Origin: Phycisphaerales bacterium
GTDB taxonomy: Bacteria > Planctomycetota > Phycisphaerae > Phycisphaerales > UBA1924
Assembly: GCA_022072615.1 (NCBI GenBank)
Contig: JAJVHS010000001.1
Location: forward strand, 47,713-111,712
Direction of reading: 5' to 3'
DNA: 64,000 bases
Position numbers and translations under genes: made by a program. The notes beneath the pieces are model-generated. The model made no database searches. It saw only the letters and a list, made by a program, of their open reading frames with translations, and was not told the origin of the DNA. The number at the start of each line of letters is the position of its first letter. The first letter of the stretch is position 1. Positions 55,001 to 62,468 of this stretch are shown piece after piece.

Positions 55001-55738
55001 GATCACCCCGGATCCGGTGAACGACCCGCACGTGATCCACAGTCCGCCGCCCGATCCACCGCCGCTCCCCGTGCCGCCGGTCACGCCATCGACGATCACC
55101 GAGCCGTCGACCGTGAGCGAGCCGGCCACGGTCAGGTGCAGCACGCCCCCGCCCGATCCGCCCGGACCGCCGTAGTAGATCGTGCTGCCGCCGCCCGAAC
55201 CGAAGCTCGCGGGAACCTGCAACGAGTCGTATGAGTCGCCGCCCGTCACGCCCGACTGGCCGGTCCCCCCGGCGCCTCCATGCCCGGCGCCCGCGGCGTT
55301 GTACATGCCGATCGTGCCGGCTCCTGGGCCTTGGCCCGAGGTGTACCCGCGGCCAGCGAGATCGATCCTGCTGCCGATCTGGACGGTCACGTGTTCGAGC
55401 GCCGAGAGATCGGCCCCGAAGATCACATCCGTGCCCGCGCCACCGGAGTAGTCGTAGGAGAACGTGGTCGAGTGCGTGACGACGCCCGCCTGCTCGGAAG
55501 CGTTCTTCTGCACCAGCAGTGACTTGATCGTGTGTCTTCCGTTGACCGTCAGGGTGGTTCCCTGCACCACGACGTCGGCGTTGACCAGCGCCACCGGAGG
55601 GCCTCCGGCGGTGGGAACGATCGTGGTATCCAGCGGTCCGATGGTCGCTGGCGAGGTGATGAGCACGATCTCCGCCTGCGCCCAGACACTGACAACGCTG
55701 ACGACCGACATGAGGGCCGTTGCACGGTGATACTTCAT
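52082..55738 (-). CDS. 1218-aa secreted glycine-rich repeat protein (4 x 258-aa modules), Ig-like domain, Cys-terminal dockerin-like tail
   Basis: ATG 55738 lies 6 nt after GGGAGA. Signal peptide MKYHRATALMSVVSVVSVWAQA. Four modules start at GRGY/GLGY/GLGY/GLGF. The Ig-like segment contains GTLSYQWYRE...GLFYCLV. Tail ends FVLAFEAGC. Confidence 0.8.
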   Translation of the reverse strand: MKYHRATALMSVVSVVSVWAQAEIVLITSPATIGPLDTTIVPTAGGPPVALVNADVVVQGTTLTVNGRHTIKSLLVQKNASEQAGVVTHSTTFSYDYSGGAGTDVIFGADLSALEHVTVQIGSRIDLAGRGYTSGQGPGAGTIGMYNAAGAGHGGAGGTGQSGVTGGDSYDSLQVPASFGSGGGSTIYYGGPGGSGGGVLHLTVAGSLTVDGSVIVDGVTGGTGSGGGSGGGLWITCGSFTGSGVITANGGAGHASGGGGAGGRIAVVAGTSDFAGQIQAKGAAGAQYGGAGTSWVTYGGGRPTLTVDNAGHSGAMTPIDGQVTLDANLAIKGAANFGNKSAGQETSLSLDGNITVDSAGILWLNDGTLAASGDATITSDASLSVTGLGYTGGQGPGAGASTLYCGAGAGYGGEGGAAVDNTGCGPAYGSLVNPVHLGSGGGNSSYYGSTGGAGGGAMRVSIGGTLTVDGSILADGVSGGSNTGGGSGGSLWITCDTLAGSGSITANGGAGNSGGSGGGGGRIAVEYATNAFAGQIQALGRTGHASGGAGTIWLQPENGRATWIVNNSGLAGAMTPITGQMSLDADLWVQGASSFGNKTAGQGTVLTLSGDVWVESGSTFWLNDGMLQTGGGLTLQPGTLLTVSGLGYGSGSGTGAGSLGLYSAGGGGFGGDGGNSGQGPSGGVAYGSFTEPTELGSGGGFSSYYGSSGGAGGGSTRLQIGGALNLGGTISANGTNGGTGAGGGSGGSIWITCDTFAGSGTITANGGAGHASAGGGGGGRVAVEYGTSNFTGQLTAFGGSGHMYGGAGSIWLQPGSGLASLFIDNNMVEGAMTSISGPVWFDADLIVRRAAKFGNKTPAQATTLGLAGSILIDSGAELWLNDGEIYAGGNMTVQTAGVVSVSGLGFAAAQGPGAGGQSLYYGGGGGHGGAGGDGAQNTQGGPSYGSAPIPIEWGSGGGNSIYYGSVGGRGGGSLRLRVDGTLSVAGSITADGSAGQPRCGGGAGGSLWIECGTLAGTGMISAGGGAGGSSGGGGGGGRLALYCCDVQMLTSHLVADGGSGYKAGSPGSVHFGSSTILISLQPESTTYEGGDDVSLVVDAAGNGTLSYQWYRENEPVVDNDRIHGAQTEQLTFSPIDCADGGLFYCLVRDSCGAFPTDPAMITVLAPSDYDHSGFVDTDDFTAFVIDFELGIDAADFDGTGFVDTDDFTAFVLAFEAGC
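52085..52243 (-). other. duplicated EF-hand/dockerin-like C-terminal module ending in Cys (tail C)
   Basis: PSDYDHSGFVDTDDFTAFVIDFELGIDAADFDGTGFVDTDDFTAFVLAFEAGC then stop. Confidence 0.8.
52516..55354 (-). repeat. four tandem intragenic repeats, period 774 bp (258 codons)
   Basis: The G(R/L)G(Y/F) module-start motif begins at residues 129, 387, 645 and 903, i.e. exactly 258 residues apart each time. Modules 2 and 3 align without gaps; modules 1 and 4 share the same motif series at the same offsets. Confidence 0.85.
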
Positions 55739-55993
55739 GGTACTTCTCCCGCCTCGCAAGAAGGTTTTCAACGAAGAACGTCGCTATGAACTAATACGGA
55801 CACAAACATCCGTTGATCCCGGCACTGGTCCGGTTTTGATGGATCACGCCGCCAAGGCGTCGGTTCGGGATGGATTGGCGCACGTCCCGACCCTGCCGAA
55901 CGCGAAGCGAAAAAATGGTCCGAATCGAGCTATCTTCGCCGACTCTGGATGAATTGCCGACGGGGAACACCGATCGAGCGCATCCGGTCCGGC

Positions 55994-57370
55994 ATGAATG
56001 CCCAAGACAGCCGCTCGCATACCCGTTCACGGCGGATGAGGATGTTCCTCGCATTGTCGCTCGCGATCATCGCGGGCTCGAGCGTCCCCGCTCTCGCGCA
56101 GGAGCACGGGCCCCCGCCGGTCGTTCAGCGCAGTGCATCTCCCGGCCCGGATATCGCCGCCATCCAAGGCCGCATGAAGTCGGCCGTTGAAGAAGACGGG
56201 TTCTCGGGGGCCCTGCTCGTGGTTTCGCAGGGACGGGTGATCGTTCGCGACGGCTACGGGCTCGCGAATCGTGAAGAGAAGATCGCCAACACGCCCGCCA
56301 CGATCTTCGGGATCGGCTCGACGCCGATCGACTTCACCAAGGCGGCGATCCTTCTGCTCGAGCAGGAAGGCAAGCTCCATCTCTCCGACACGATCGGTAC
56401 CTACCTCCAGGGAGTTCCCAAGGACAAGCAGGCCATCACACTCGAACACCTGATGACAGGCGCCTCGGGCCTCAAGAACTTTCACGGTTCGCCACAGGAT
56501 CCAAACCCCGATCACACGTGGATCGACCGCGCCGAAGCAGTGCGCCGCATCCTGTCGAGCGAGCTTCTCTTCGAACCCGGCACCGGCAACGAGCACTCCC
56601 ACTCGGCATTCGGTCTCCTCGCCGCGATCGTCGAGCTCGTGAGCGGCCAGAGCTACGAGGCCTTTCTCAAGGCTCGTTTCTTCGATCCCCTCGGCATGCA
56701 CGACACCGGCTTCTTCGGCGAGCCGATCGACGCTGCTCGACTCGCCGTCGGGTACGGCCGCAAGAGCGGCACCGGGATCAACGCCCCGCCGTACTGGGGC
56801 AAGACCTCGTGGCTGGTCATGGGCAGCGGGGGCATGACCTCCACGCTCGACGACCTCCGGACGTTCATCGACGCGATCCGCGGAGGCAAGATCCTTCCGC
56901 GAGAGGCCACCCGAAAGTACATGTACCGTCCGGGCGACGTGCTCGCCGGTGGAGACATGCACGGATACGAGATCCTCATCGGGCTGAGCCGCGATCCCGG
57001 TTCGCTCATCCTCCTCGTCAACAACTGCTACGACGGCCGCGGCCCGAACCCGTCCTTCGAGCAGCTCTTCCAGGACCTGCTGCGGCTCTCCGCTCCTTCG
57101 GAGGGACCGCCGCCCTTCACGATCGGGGTGCGCTTCGATCTCCAGCAGGCCGGCGTGGTCCGCATTGAAGGTGTCGTCGAAGGGATGCCCGGCCAGGCAG
57201 CGGGCCTCAAGGCGGGCGACGTCATCCGCTCGATCAACGGCAAGTTCGACGAGAACGACCCGCTCGGCATCCTGAGCAGCCTCCTCCGGCACGATGAGCC
57301 CATTGTCTTCGAAATCGAGAGGGGCGGCGCAAGACAGAAGATCTCCGTCACCCCGCGCAAGCGTCCCTAG
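55994..57370 (+). CDS. beta-lactamase-fold serine hydrolase family protein with C-terminal PDZ domain
   Basis: Signal peptide RMRMFLALSLAIIAGSSVPALA. Class C/DD-peptidase-like core (GYGLANRE...PATIFGIGS...LLLEQEGKLHLSDTIGTYL...FEPGTG). PDZ-like GVVEGMPGQAAGLKAGDVIRSINGK. Start is ATG 55994, 56036 or 55949. Confidence 0.72.
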   Translation: MNAQDSRSHTRSRRMRMFLALSLAIIAGSSVPALAQEHGPPPVVQRSASPGPDIAAIQGRMKSAVEEDGFSGALLVVSQGRVIVRDGYGLANREEKIANTPATIFGIGSTPIDFTKAAILLLEQEGKLHLSDTIGTYLQGVPKDKQAITLEHLMTGASGLKNFHGSPQDPNPDHTWIDRAEAVRRILSSELLFEPGTGNEHSHSAFGLLAAIVELVSGQSYEAFLKARFFDPLGMHDTGFFGEPIDAARLAVGYGRKSGTGINAPPYWGKTSWLVMGSGGMTSTLDDLRTFIDAIRGGKILPREATRKYMYRPGDVLAGGDMHGYEILIGLSRDPGSLILLVNNCYDGRGPNPSFEQLFQDLLRLSAPSEGPPPFTIGVRFDLQQAGVVRIEGVVEGMPGQAAGLKAGDVIRSINGKFDENDPLGILSSLLRHDEPIVFEIERGGARQKISVTPRKRP

Positions 57371-57496
57371 CACGCTGTCTCGCAGTCGCGTCCACCGATC
57401 CGTCACCGCCGCCCGTCTCCGTCGGCATCGGCGGCCGCACGCGGCGCTCGAAGCGCCGCCCTGAGACCAACCCGGGCGAGGTCTACGCTCGGACCT

Positions 57497-58471
57497 GTGA
57501 CCCACGTCCCCGTCCTGCCCGCGGAGGTCCTCGAGCTGCTCGCGCCGCGGGCGGGCGAGGTGTACGTTGACTGCACGGCGGGCCTGGGCGGGCACGCGGC
57601 CGCCGTCGCGCCGCTCGTCGGGCCGACGGGCGCCATCATCCTCAACGACGTCGATCCCGCGAATCTGTCCCGAGCTGTCCAGAACGTCCAGGCCGCGGCC
57701 CCGCACACCCGCATCGAGACACACACGGGCAACTTCGCCGACCTTCCCCGGAAGCTTTCCGAACAGGCCGGCGGTGGGGGTCCCCGAGCCGACATGGTGC
57801 TCGCCGACCTGGGGTTTGCCTCGACCCAGGTAGACGACCCCAAGAGGGGTTTTTCATTTTCCCGCGACGGGCCCCTCGACATGCGGATGGACCCCTCGTT
57901 ACCGGTCACCGCGGCCGAGCTTGTCGCGACCTTGCCGGAGCGAGAACTCGCAGAGGTGTTACGGATGTACGGGGAAGAACGCCACGCCGGGCGGATCGCT
58001 CGAATTCTTGTTCGCGAGCGCGAGCACTCGCCGATAACGACCACGGGACGGCTCGCCGACGTCGTGCGGTCGGCCGTGCCCAGGCGGTCCGATCCCTCCT
58101 CGATCGACCCCGCCACGCGGACCTTCCAGGCCCTCCGCATCGTCGTCAACGACGAGATCGGCAGCCTCGAAGCACTCCTGGCGGAAGTCGGCCGCGGGGC
58201 CAGAGCGGCGGCGGCGGGGAAGCCCACGTGGCTGAACCCCGGCGCCCGCGTTCTGGTGATCAGCTTCCACTCGCTGGAAGACCGCCCGGTGAAGCAGGCG
58301 CTGGCGGAGCTGGCGTCGCAGGGATTGGTGGAACTCCTGACCGACGGTCCGCTCGGGCCGACGGAAGAGGAGGCGGCGAGAAACCCCCGGAGCCGGTCCA
58401 GCCGGTTGCGGGCGTGCCGGATCGTCGGAGTTCGCGGCCAGCGGGAGAAGTCGCGAGCCGGGCAGGTATGA
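57497..58471 (+). CDS. rsmH: 16S rRNA (cytosine1402-N4)-methyltransferase
   Basis: HVPVLPAEVLELL...VYVDCTAGLGGHA...DLGFASTQVDDPKRGFSF...ISFHSLEDR are MraW/RsmH signatures. GTG start. Confidence 0.93.
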   Translation: MTHVPVLPAEVLELLAPRAGEVYVDCTAGLGGHAAAVAPLVGPTGAIILNDVDPANLSRAVQNVQAAAPHTRIETHTGNFADLPRKLSEQAGGGGPRADMVLADLGFASTQVDDPKRGFSFSRDGPLDMRMDPSLPVTAAELVATLPERELAEVLRMYGEERHAGRIARILVREREHSPITTTGRLADVVRSAVPRRSDPSSIDPATRTFQALRIVVNDEIGSLEALLAEVGRGARAAAAGKPTWLNPGARVLVISFHSLEDRPVKQALAELASQGLVELLTDGPLGPTEEEAARNPRSRSSRLRACRIVGVRGQREKSRAGQV

Positions 58472-58656
58472 TGGTGCTCGCGCGGCCAGACGCCGCGTCA
58501 AGCGCGTTGAGATCGATGGTCGGCTCGCCGGTTTCGGGCGCACGGACGCGTCCGGCGGAGGGTCGGGCATCTGGGAGACCGTCCCCGGGTTTGATCGGCC
58601 CGGGCGGGAAGTGCTCAACCGGGCGTGCTCGGCCCGGACGAGCGAGGAAGTTCCTC

Positions 58657-59532
58657 GTGACCCGTGAACTGAAACTCTCGCTGATCCTTGGGTTCTCGCT
58701 GGTGCTGGTGGTGACGGTGCTCATCAGCGACTACCTGTCGAAGGCCCGCACCACGCGCCTCGACGGCACGAGCCCGACCGCCCCGGTCGCGGTGGTCCCC
58801 CCCAAGCCCGAGGATCTCCTGACCCGCGACCAGGCCGAGGCCGCCGAGCGCGAGCTCGCCGTGGCGGGGACGCAGGATGCGCCCGTCAAGACCAGCTTCC
58901 GCGAGCCCGACGCCGCCGCGACCCGCGACAACGGATTCAAGCCCGTCGAGATCCCCATGGGTAAGCGGGACGCGAGCACCGCCGGCGCCGACCCCGCCGC
59001 CGGTCAGCCCGGCACCGACGCCCGGGCCGCCGATCGCACGCACACCATCGAAGAGGGCGACGGGCTGTACGCCCTCGCCAAGCGCTACTACGGCAACGGG
59101 TCGCTGTGGGAGAAGCTCGCGGTCTACAACAACATCAAGCCCTCGGCCATGCTGAAGGTCGGCGCGACGATCAAGATCCCCTCCAAGGAAGTGCTCACCG
59201 GCAAGCCGGAGAAGGACTCGGTCCCGCCGGTGCCCCTCAACGCCGGGACTGGCGCTCCGGAGGATGTCACCCGCCTGGCGCTGGGGAACGGGCGAGAAAT
59301 CAAGCCCCTGATCTCGACCGACAAGCCCGCTCCGGCCGACTCCGCGGCCGATGCCGCGGCGGACAAGTCCAAGAGTTACACCGTGAAGAAGGGCGACACC
59401 CTGAGCCAGATCGCCGCTCGGCAGCTCGGCAGCTCGCGCCGCACCGGCGAGATTCTCTCGCTGAACAAGCACCAGTTGCAGGCCCCCGAGGACCTCCAGA
59501 TCGGGATGGTGCTGAAGCTTCCCTCGAAGTGA
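58657..59532 (+). CDS. membrane-anchored double-LysM peptidoglycan-binding protein
   Basis: GTG 58657 follows GAGGAAG. N-terminal TM LSLILGFSLVLVVTVLISDYL, a Pro/Ala-rich linker and two LysM domains (HTIEEGDGLYALAKRYYGNGSLWEKLAVYNNI...IKIP and YTVKKGDTLSQIAARQLG...LKLP). ATG 58468 (ATGA with the rsmH stop) is the alternative, but that segment has poor GC3. Confidence 0.7.
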   Translation: MTRELKLSLILGFSLVLVVTVLISDYLSKARTTRLDGTSPTAPVAVVPPKPEDLLTRDQAEAAERELAVAGTQDAPVKTSFREPDAAATRDNGFKPVEIPMGKRDASTAGADPAAGQPGTDARAADRTHTIEEGDGLYALAKRYYGNGSLWEKLAVYNNIKPSAMLKVGATIKIPSKEVLTGKPEKDSVPPVPLNAGTGAPEDVTRLALGNGREIKPLISTDKPAPADSAADAAADKSKSYTVKKGDTLSQIAARQLGSSRRTGEILSLNKHQLQAPEDLQIGMVLKLPSK

Positions 59533-59586
59533 CCGTGCTCCACGGCGGCGGGGATCGCTCGCTCGGCGGACCGGAGGAGCCTCACG

Positions 59587-60072
59587 GTGTTCTGGAAACT
59601 GGTCGTTTGCCTGCTTGCGATCGGTGTCATGGGCTGCTCGCTCCTGGCGATGAGGCAGGCGCGTCTCCAGGCGGCCCACGAACTTGCGCAGACCCAGCTC
59701 CGCATCCGCGGGTGCGATGAGCGGCTTTTCAAGCTCCGCACGCAGATCGGCGCCATGGTCCGGCCCGAGGACGTTCGTTCGCTGGTGAGCGGGATGGCGA
59801 CCCTCAAGCCGTTGATGCCGTTGCCCACCTCCCGGCCCGCGTCGCAGGAGCGTTCGGCCGCTCCCTCGGATGCCGATCCGACCCTCGAGAGAACGGACGA
59901 TCAGCCCCGGCCGCCCGCCGCGGACCCCAACGGCAAGCCAGCGCCGGGCCGGACGCCGTCCGTCCCGCCGCGTGGCCTTTCCCGCCCGGCGACCGATGAA
60001 GCCCGGCGCGACGAGGGGTCTGTCGGCGAGCCGCTGTACGCCTTCGATCAGCCCGGGGAGGACGACCAGTGA
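59587..60072 (+). CDS. FtsL-like cell division protein
   Basis: GTG 59587 follows GGAGGAG. Short N-terminal TM (FWKLVVCLLAIGVMGCSLLA) then a coiled-coil-like LQAAHELAQTQLRIRGCDERLFKLRTQI. Located between rsmH and ftsI, with its stop overlapping the ftsI start. Confidence 0.55.
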   Translation: MFWKLVVCLLAIGVMGCSLLAMRQARLQAAHELAQTQLRIRGCDERLFKLRTQIGAMVRPEDVRSLVSGMATLKPLMPLPTSRPASQERSAAPSDADPTLERTDDQPRPPAADPNGKPAPGRTPSVPPRGLSRPATDEARRDEGSVGEPLYAFDQPGEDDQ

Positions 60073-62276
60073 CGACCGGCCCGTCATCCCAGGTCATGCC
60101 ACCGCGGTCGCCGCGAGCCGACCGCACGATCACGGCGGTGGCGTGGCTGCTCACGTTGCTGCTGGTCGTGATGCTCGGGCGGGTCATCCAGCTCCAGCTC
60201 GCACCCTCGCGTGAACTGGAGGAACAGCGCCAGTCGCGCATCACCACGCGGACCGAACTCGCCGTTCGCGGCGACATCCTCGACCGCCGCGGCAGGCTCG
60301 TGACCGCCACGCGCTTTGCGTGGCGCGTGTATGTCGACCCGGTGCTCCTGACGCCCGAGACGATCGACCTTGCGATCATGGAGATCGCCCAGGCGCTGGC
60401 CAAGCCCCCCGAAGAGATCGCCGACCGTGTGCTGTGGGCGCTCGAGGAGAACATGCGGCGCGCGGAAGTGGCGGCGGGGCTGGAGCCCGCCACGCCGGCG
60501 CGTCCCGCGCCAGATCAATGGCTCCGCGAGCTCGTCGGCCTTGAAACGCCGCGCACGGAGCCCGCGCCGGTCGTGGCGGCGCCCGCCGATCCTCAGCCGT
60601 CGGTCTTCGTGGACCAGGCCTCGGGCTACGAGGTCTCCGCGATTTCCTTCGGCGATGTGCCCGCGCCGCCGGTGGTGCTCAAGCCCATCCGCTACCTGCC
60701 GTTCCGGGATCTCGTGGAAGACGCGGTCGCGGCGACGCTGCGGCAGAAGAAGATCGCGGGCGTCGTGCTCGAGCGCGTGCCCGTCCGCGAGGAAGTCGCC
60801 GGCGCGCCCGTCGCCGCGCTGGTCGGCAAGGTCGGCGTCGATGCCAACATTGGGATGGAGGCCCGGCTTGACGACCGCCTCTCGGGCAAGGCCGGAAGGG
60901 TGAGCTACTACCGCGACGCCCGGATGCGGCCGCTGTGGATCGAGCCCGGCCAGGTGCAGCTCCCCGTGCACGGTGAGGACGTGCGCCTGTCGATCGACCT
61001 TGAACTCCAGGCCATGGGGCTGGCCGAGCTGAACCGGGGCATCGAGGAGGCCGACGCCGCGGGCGGACGCCTGGTCGCCATCGACCCGCGCACCGGCGAG
61101 ATCCTCGCGATGTGCGACATCGTCCGCGACCTGCCGGGCCTGAAGGAGTACCCGTGGGAGGACGACCCGCGGGCGCTGGCTCGCGACGGCAAGAAGCGCG
61201 CGCCGACGCTGCCCTACATGGCCCCGCGGCCCGGATCGGCTCGGTACCGCACGATCCAGGTCGACAAGGCCTCGCTCGAGCATCCCGACATCCCCGCCCT
61301 GCGCCGCAATCGCTGCGCGGAGGACGTGTACGAGCCGGGGTCGACCTTCAAGCCCTTCGTGTGGTCGACGATCACCGAGCTGGGCCTCGCCGGCGTCGAA
61401 GAGACCATCGACACCGAGAACGGCCGCTGGGTCACGCCGTACGGCCGCAAGCTCAACGACGTCACCAAGCGCGACGTCATGACCTGGTCCAACGTCCTGG
61501 TCAACTCCTCGAACATCGGCATGGCCAAGGTCGTCGAACGGCTCACGCACCGCCAGCTCCACGACGCGGTCCGCCGGTTTGGCTTCGGCAAGCCGACGGC
61601 CGTGGGCGTGGCGGGCGAGGCCAGCGGCCTGGTCACTCCCCTGAAGGAGTGGACGATCTACAGCCAGACGTCGTACGCGATGGGCCATGAGGTCGCCGTC
61701 ACGCCGCTCCAGATGGTGCGCGGGTTCAGCGCCTTTGCTCGCACCGGCCAGCTCGCGGGGACGCTCGCCGACCTGCGGCTGACCGCGGTCACGCCCGGCG
61801 AGATCGCCTCTTCGGTGCTGTACCGCGTGCTGCCGGCCCGGATCGCCGATCTCACCCGCCTCACCATGCGCGGCGTGGCGGAGAACATGCAGAACCGCCT
61901 CCAGCAGACGGACCACTCGCAGACGGGGTGGAAGTACACGATCTTCGGGAAGTCGGGCACCGCCGAGATCCCGCTCGGCAAGCCGCCGCCGGGCAAGCGG
62001 GCGCCCGCGGGATCCACGGGCTATTACGACGACCAGTACAACTCGAGCTTCATCGCGGGCGGGCCGATCGAGGACCCGCGGCTGGTGGTGCTGGTCGTGA
62101 TCGACGACCCGGGGCCGGAACTGGTCTTTGCACGTCCGCTCCCGCGGCACTACGGGGCCGTCACGGCGGGTCCGGTCGTTCGGCGTTTCATGGAACGCGC
62201 CCTGACGTACCCGGGCGCCCCGCCCCCGGCGACCCCCCGGGCCGACCTGGCGACGGCGGCGGCCGCGGCGGACTGA
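60069..62276 (+). CDS. ftsI: peptidoglycan D,D-transpeptidase FtsI (class B PBP)
   Basis: N-terminal TM anchor, then the SxxK (GSTFKPF), SxN (NSSNIG) and KSG (GKSGTAE) motifs in canonical order. Confidence 0.9.
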   Translation: MTTGPSSQVMPPRSPRADRTITAVAWLLTLLLVVMLGRVIQLQLAPSRELEEQRQSRITTRTELAVRGDILDRRGRLVTATRFAWRVYVDPVLLTPETIDLAIMEIAQALAKPPEEIADRVLWALEENMRRAEVAAGLEPATPARPAPDQWLRELVGLETPRTEPAPVVAAPADPQPSVFVDQASGYEVSAISFGDVPAPPVVLKPIRYLPFRDLVEDAVAATLRQKKIAGVVLERVPVREEVAGAPVAALVGKVGVDANIGMEARLDDRLSGKAGRVSYYRDARMRPLWIEPGQVQLPVHGEDVRLSIDLELQAMGLAELNRGIEEADAAGGRLVAIDPRTGEILAMCDIVRDLPGLKEYPWEDDPRALARDGKKRAPTLPYMAPRPGSARYRTIQVDKASLEHPDIPALRRNRCAEDVYEPGSTFKPFVWSTITELGLAGVEETIDTENGRWVTPYGRKLNDVTKRDVMTWSNVLVNSSNIGMAKVVERLTHRQLHDAVRRFGFGKPTAVGVAGEASGLVTPLKEWTIYSQTSYAMGHEVAVTPLQMVRGFSAFARTGQLAGTLADLRLTAVTPGEIASSVLYRVLPARIADLTRLTMRGVAENMQNRLQQTDHSQTGWKYTIFGKSGTAEIPLGKPPPGKRAPAGSTGYYDDQYNSSFIAGGPIEDPRLVVLVVIDDPGPELVFARPLPRHYGAVTAGPVVRRFMERALTYPGAPPPATPRADLATAAAAAD

Positions 62277-62350
62277 GCGCCCGGGCGAACGGGAGGTCGC
62301 GATCCGGTCCCCCATGGGCCGTTTCCGGACCTTTCCCCATTCAATTCGGG

Positions 62351-62378
62351 TTGCCACTGTTGGACGACCCACTACACT
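62351..62378 (+). promoter_or_regulatory. sigma70-like promoter candidate
   Basis: TTGCCA, 16-nt spacer, TACACT, about 90 nt upstream of the ATG at 62469. Confidence 0.35.
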
Positions 62379-62468
62379 GTGGGTGCTCGCGGGCGTACCC
62401 GCGGGTGGCGCTGTTTCCTGCGTTGAGGCGCCGTTTGAGGAAGGTCGTTTAGAGAGGAAGAGTGATCC

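Noticed and set aside
58228-58656. Upstream extension of the LysM ORF, including an ATGA-coupled ATG at 58468
   Set aside because: This segment has many A/T-ending codons and Arg/Gly/Pro/Ser low complexity, unlike the downstream part. GTG 58657 has an SD and is followed immediately by the TM anchor. It is kept only as an alternative start.
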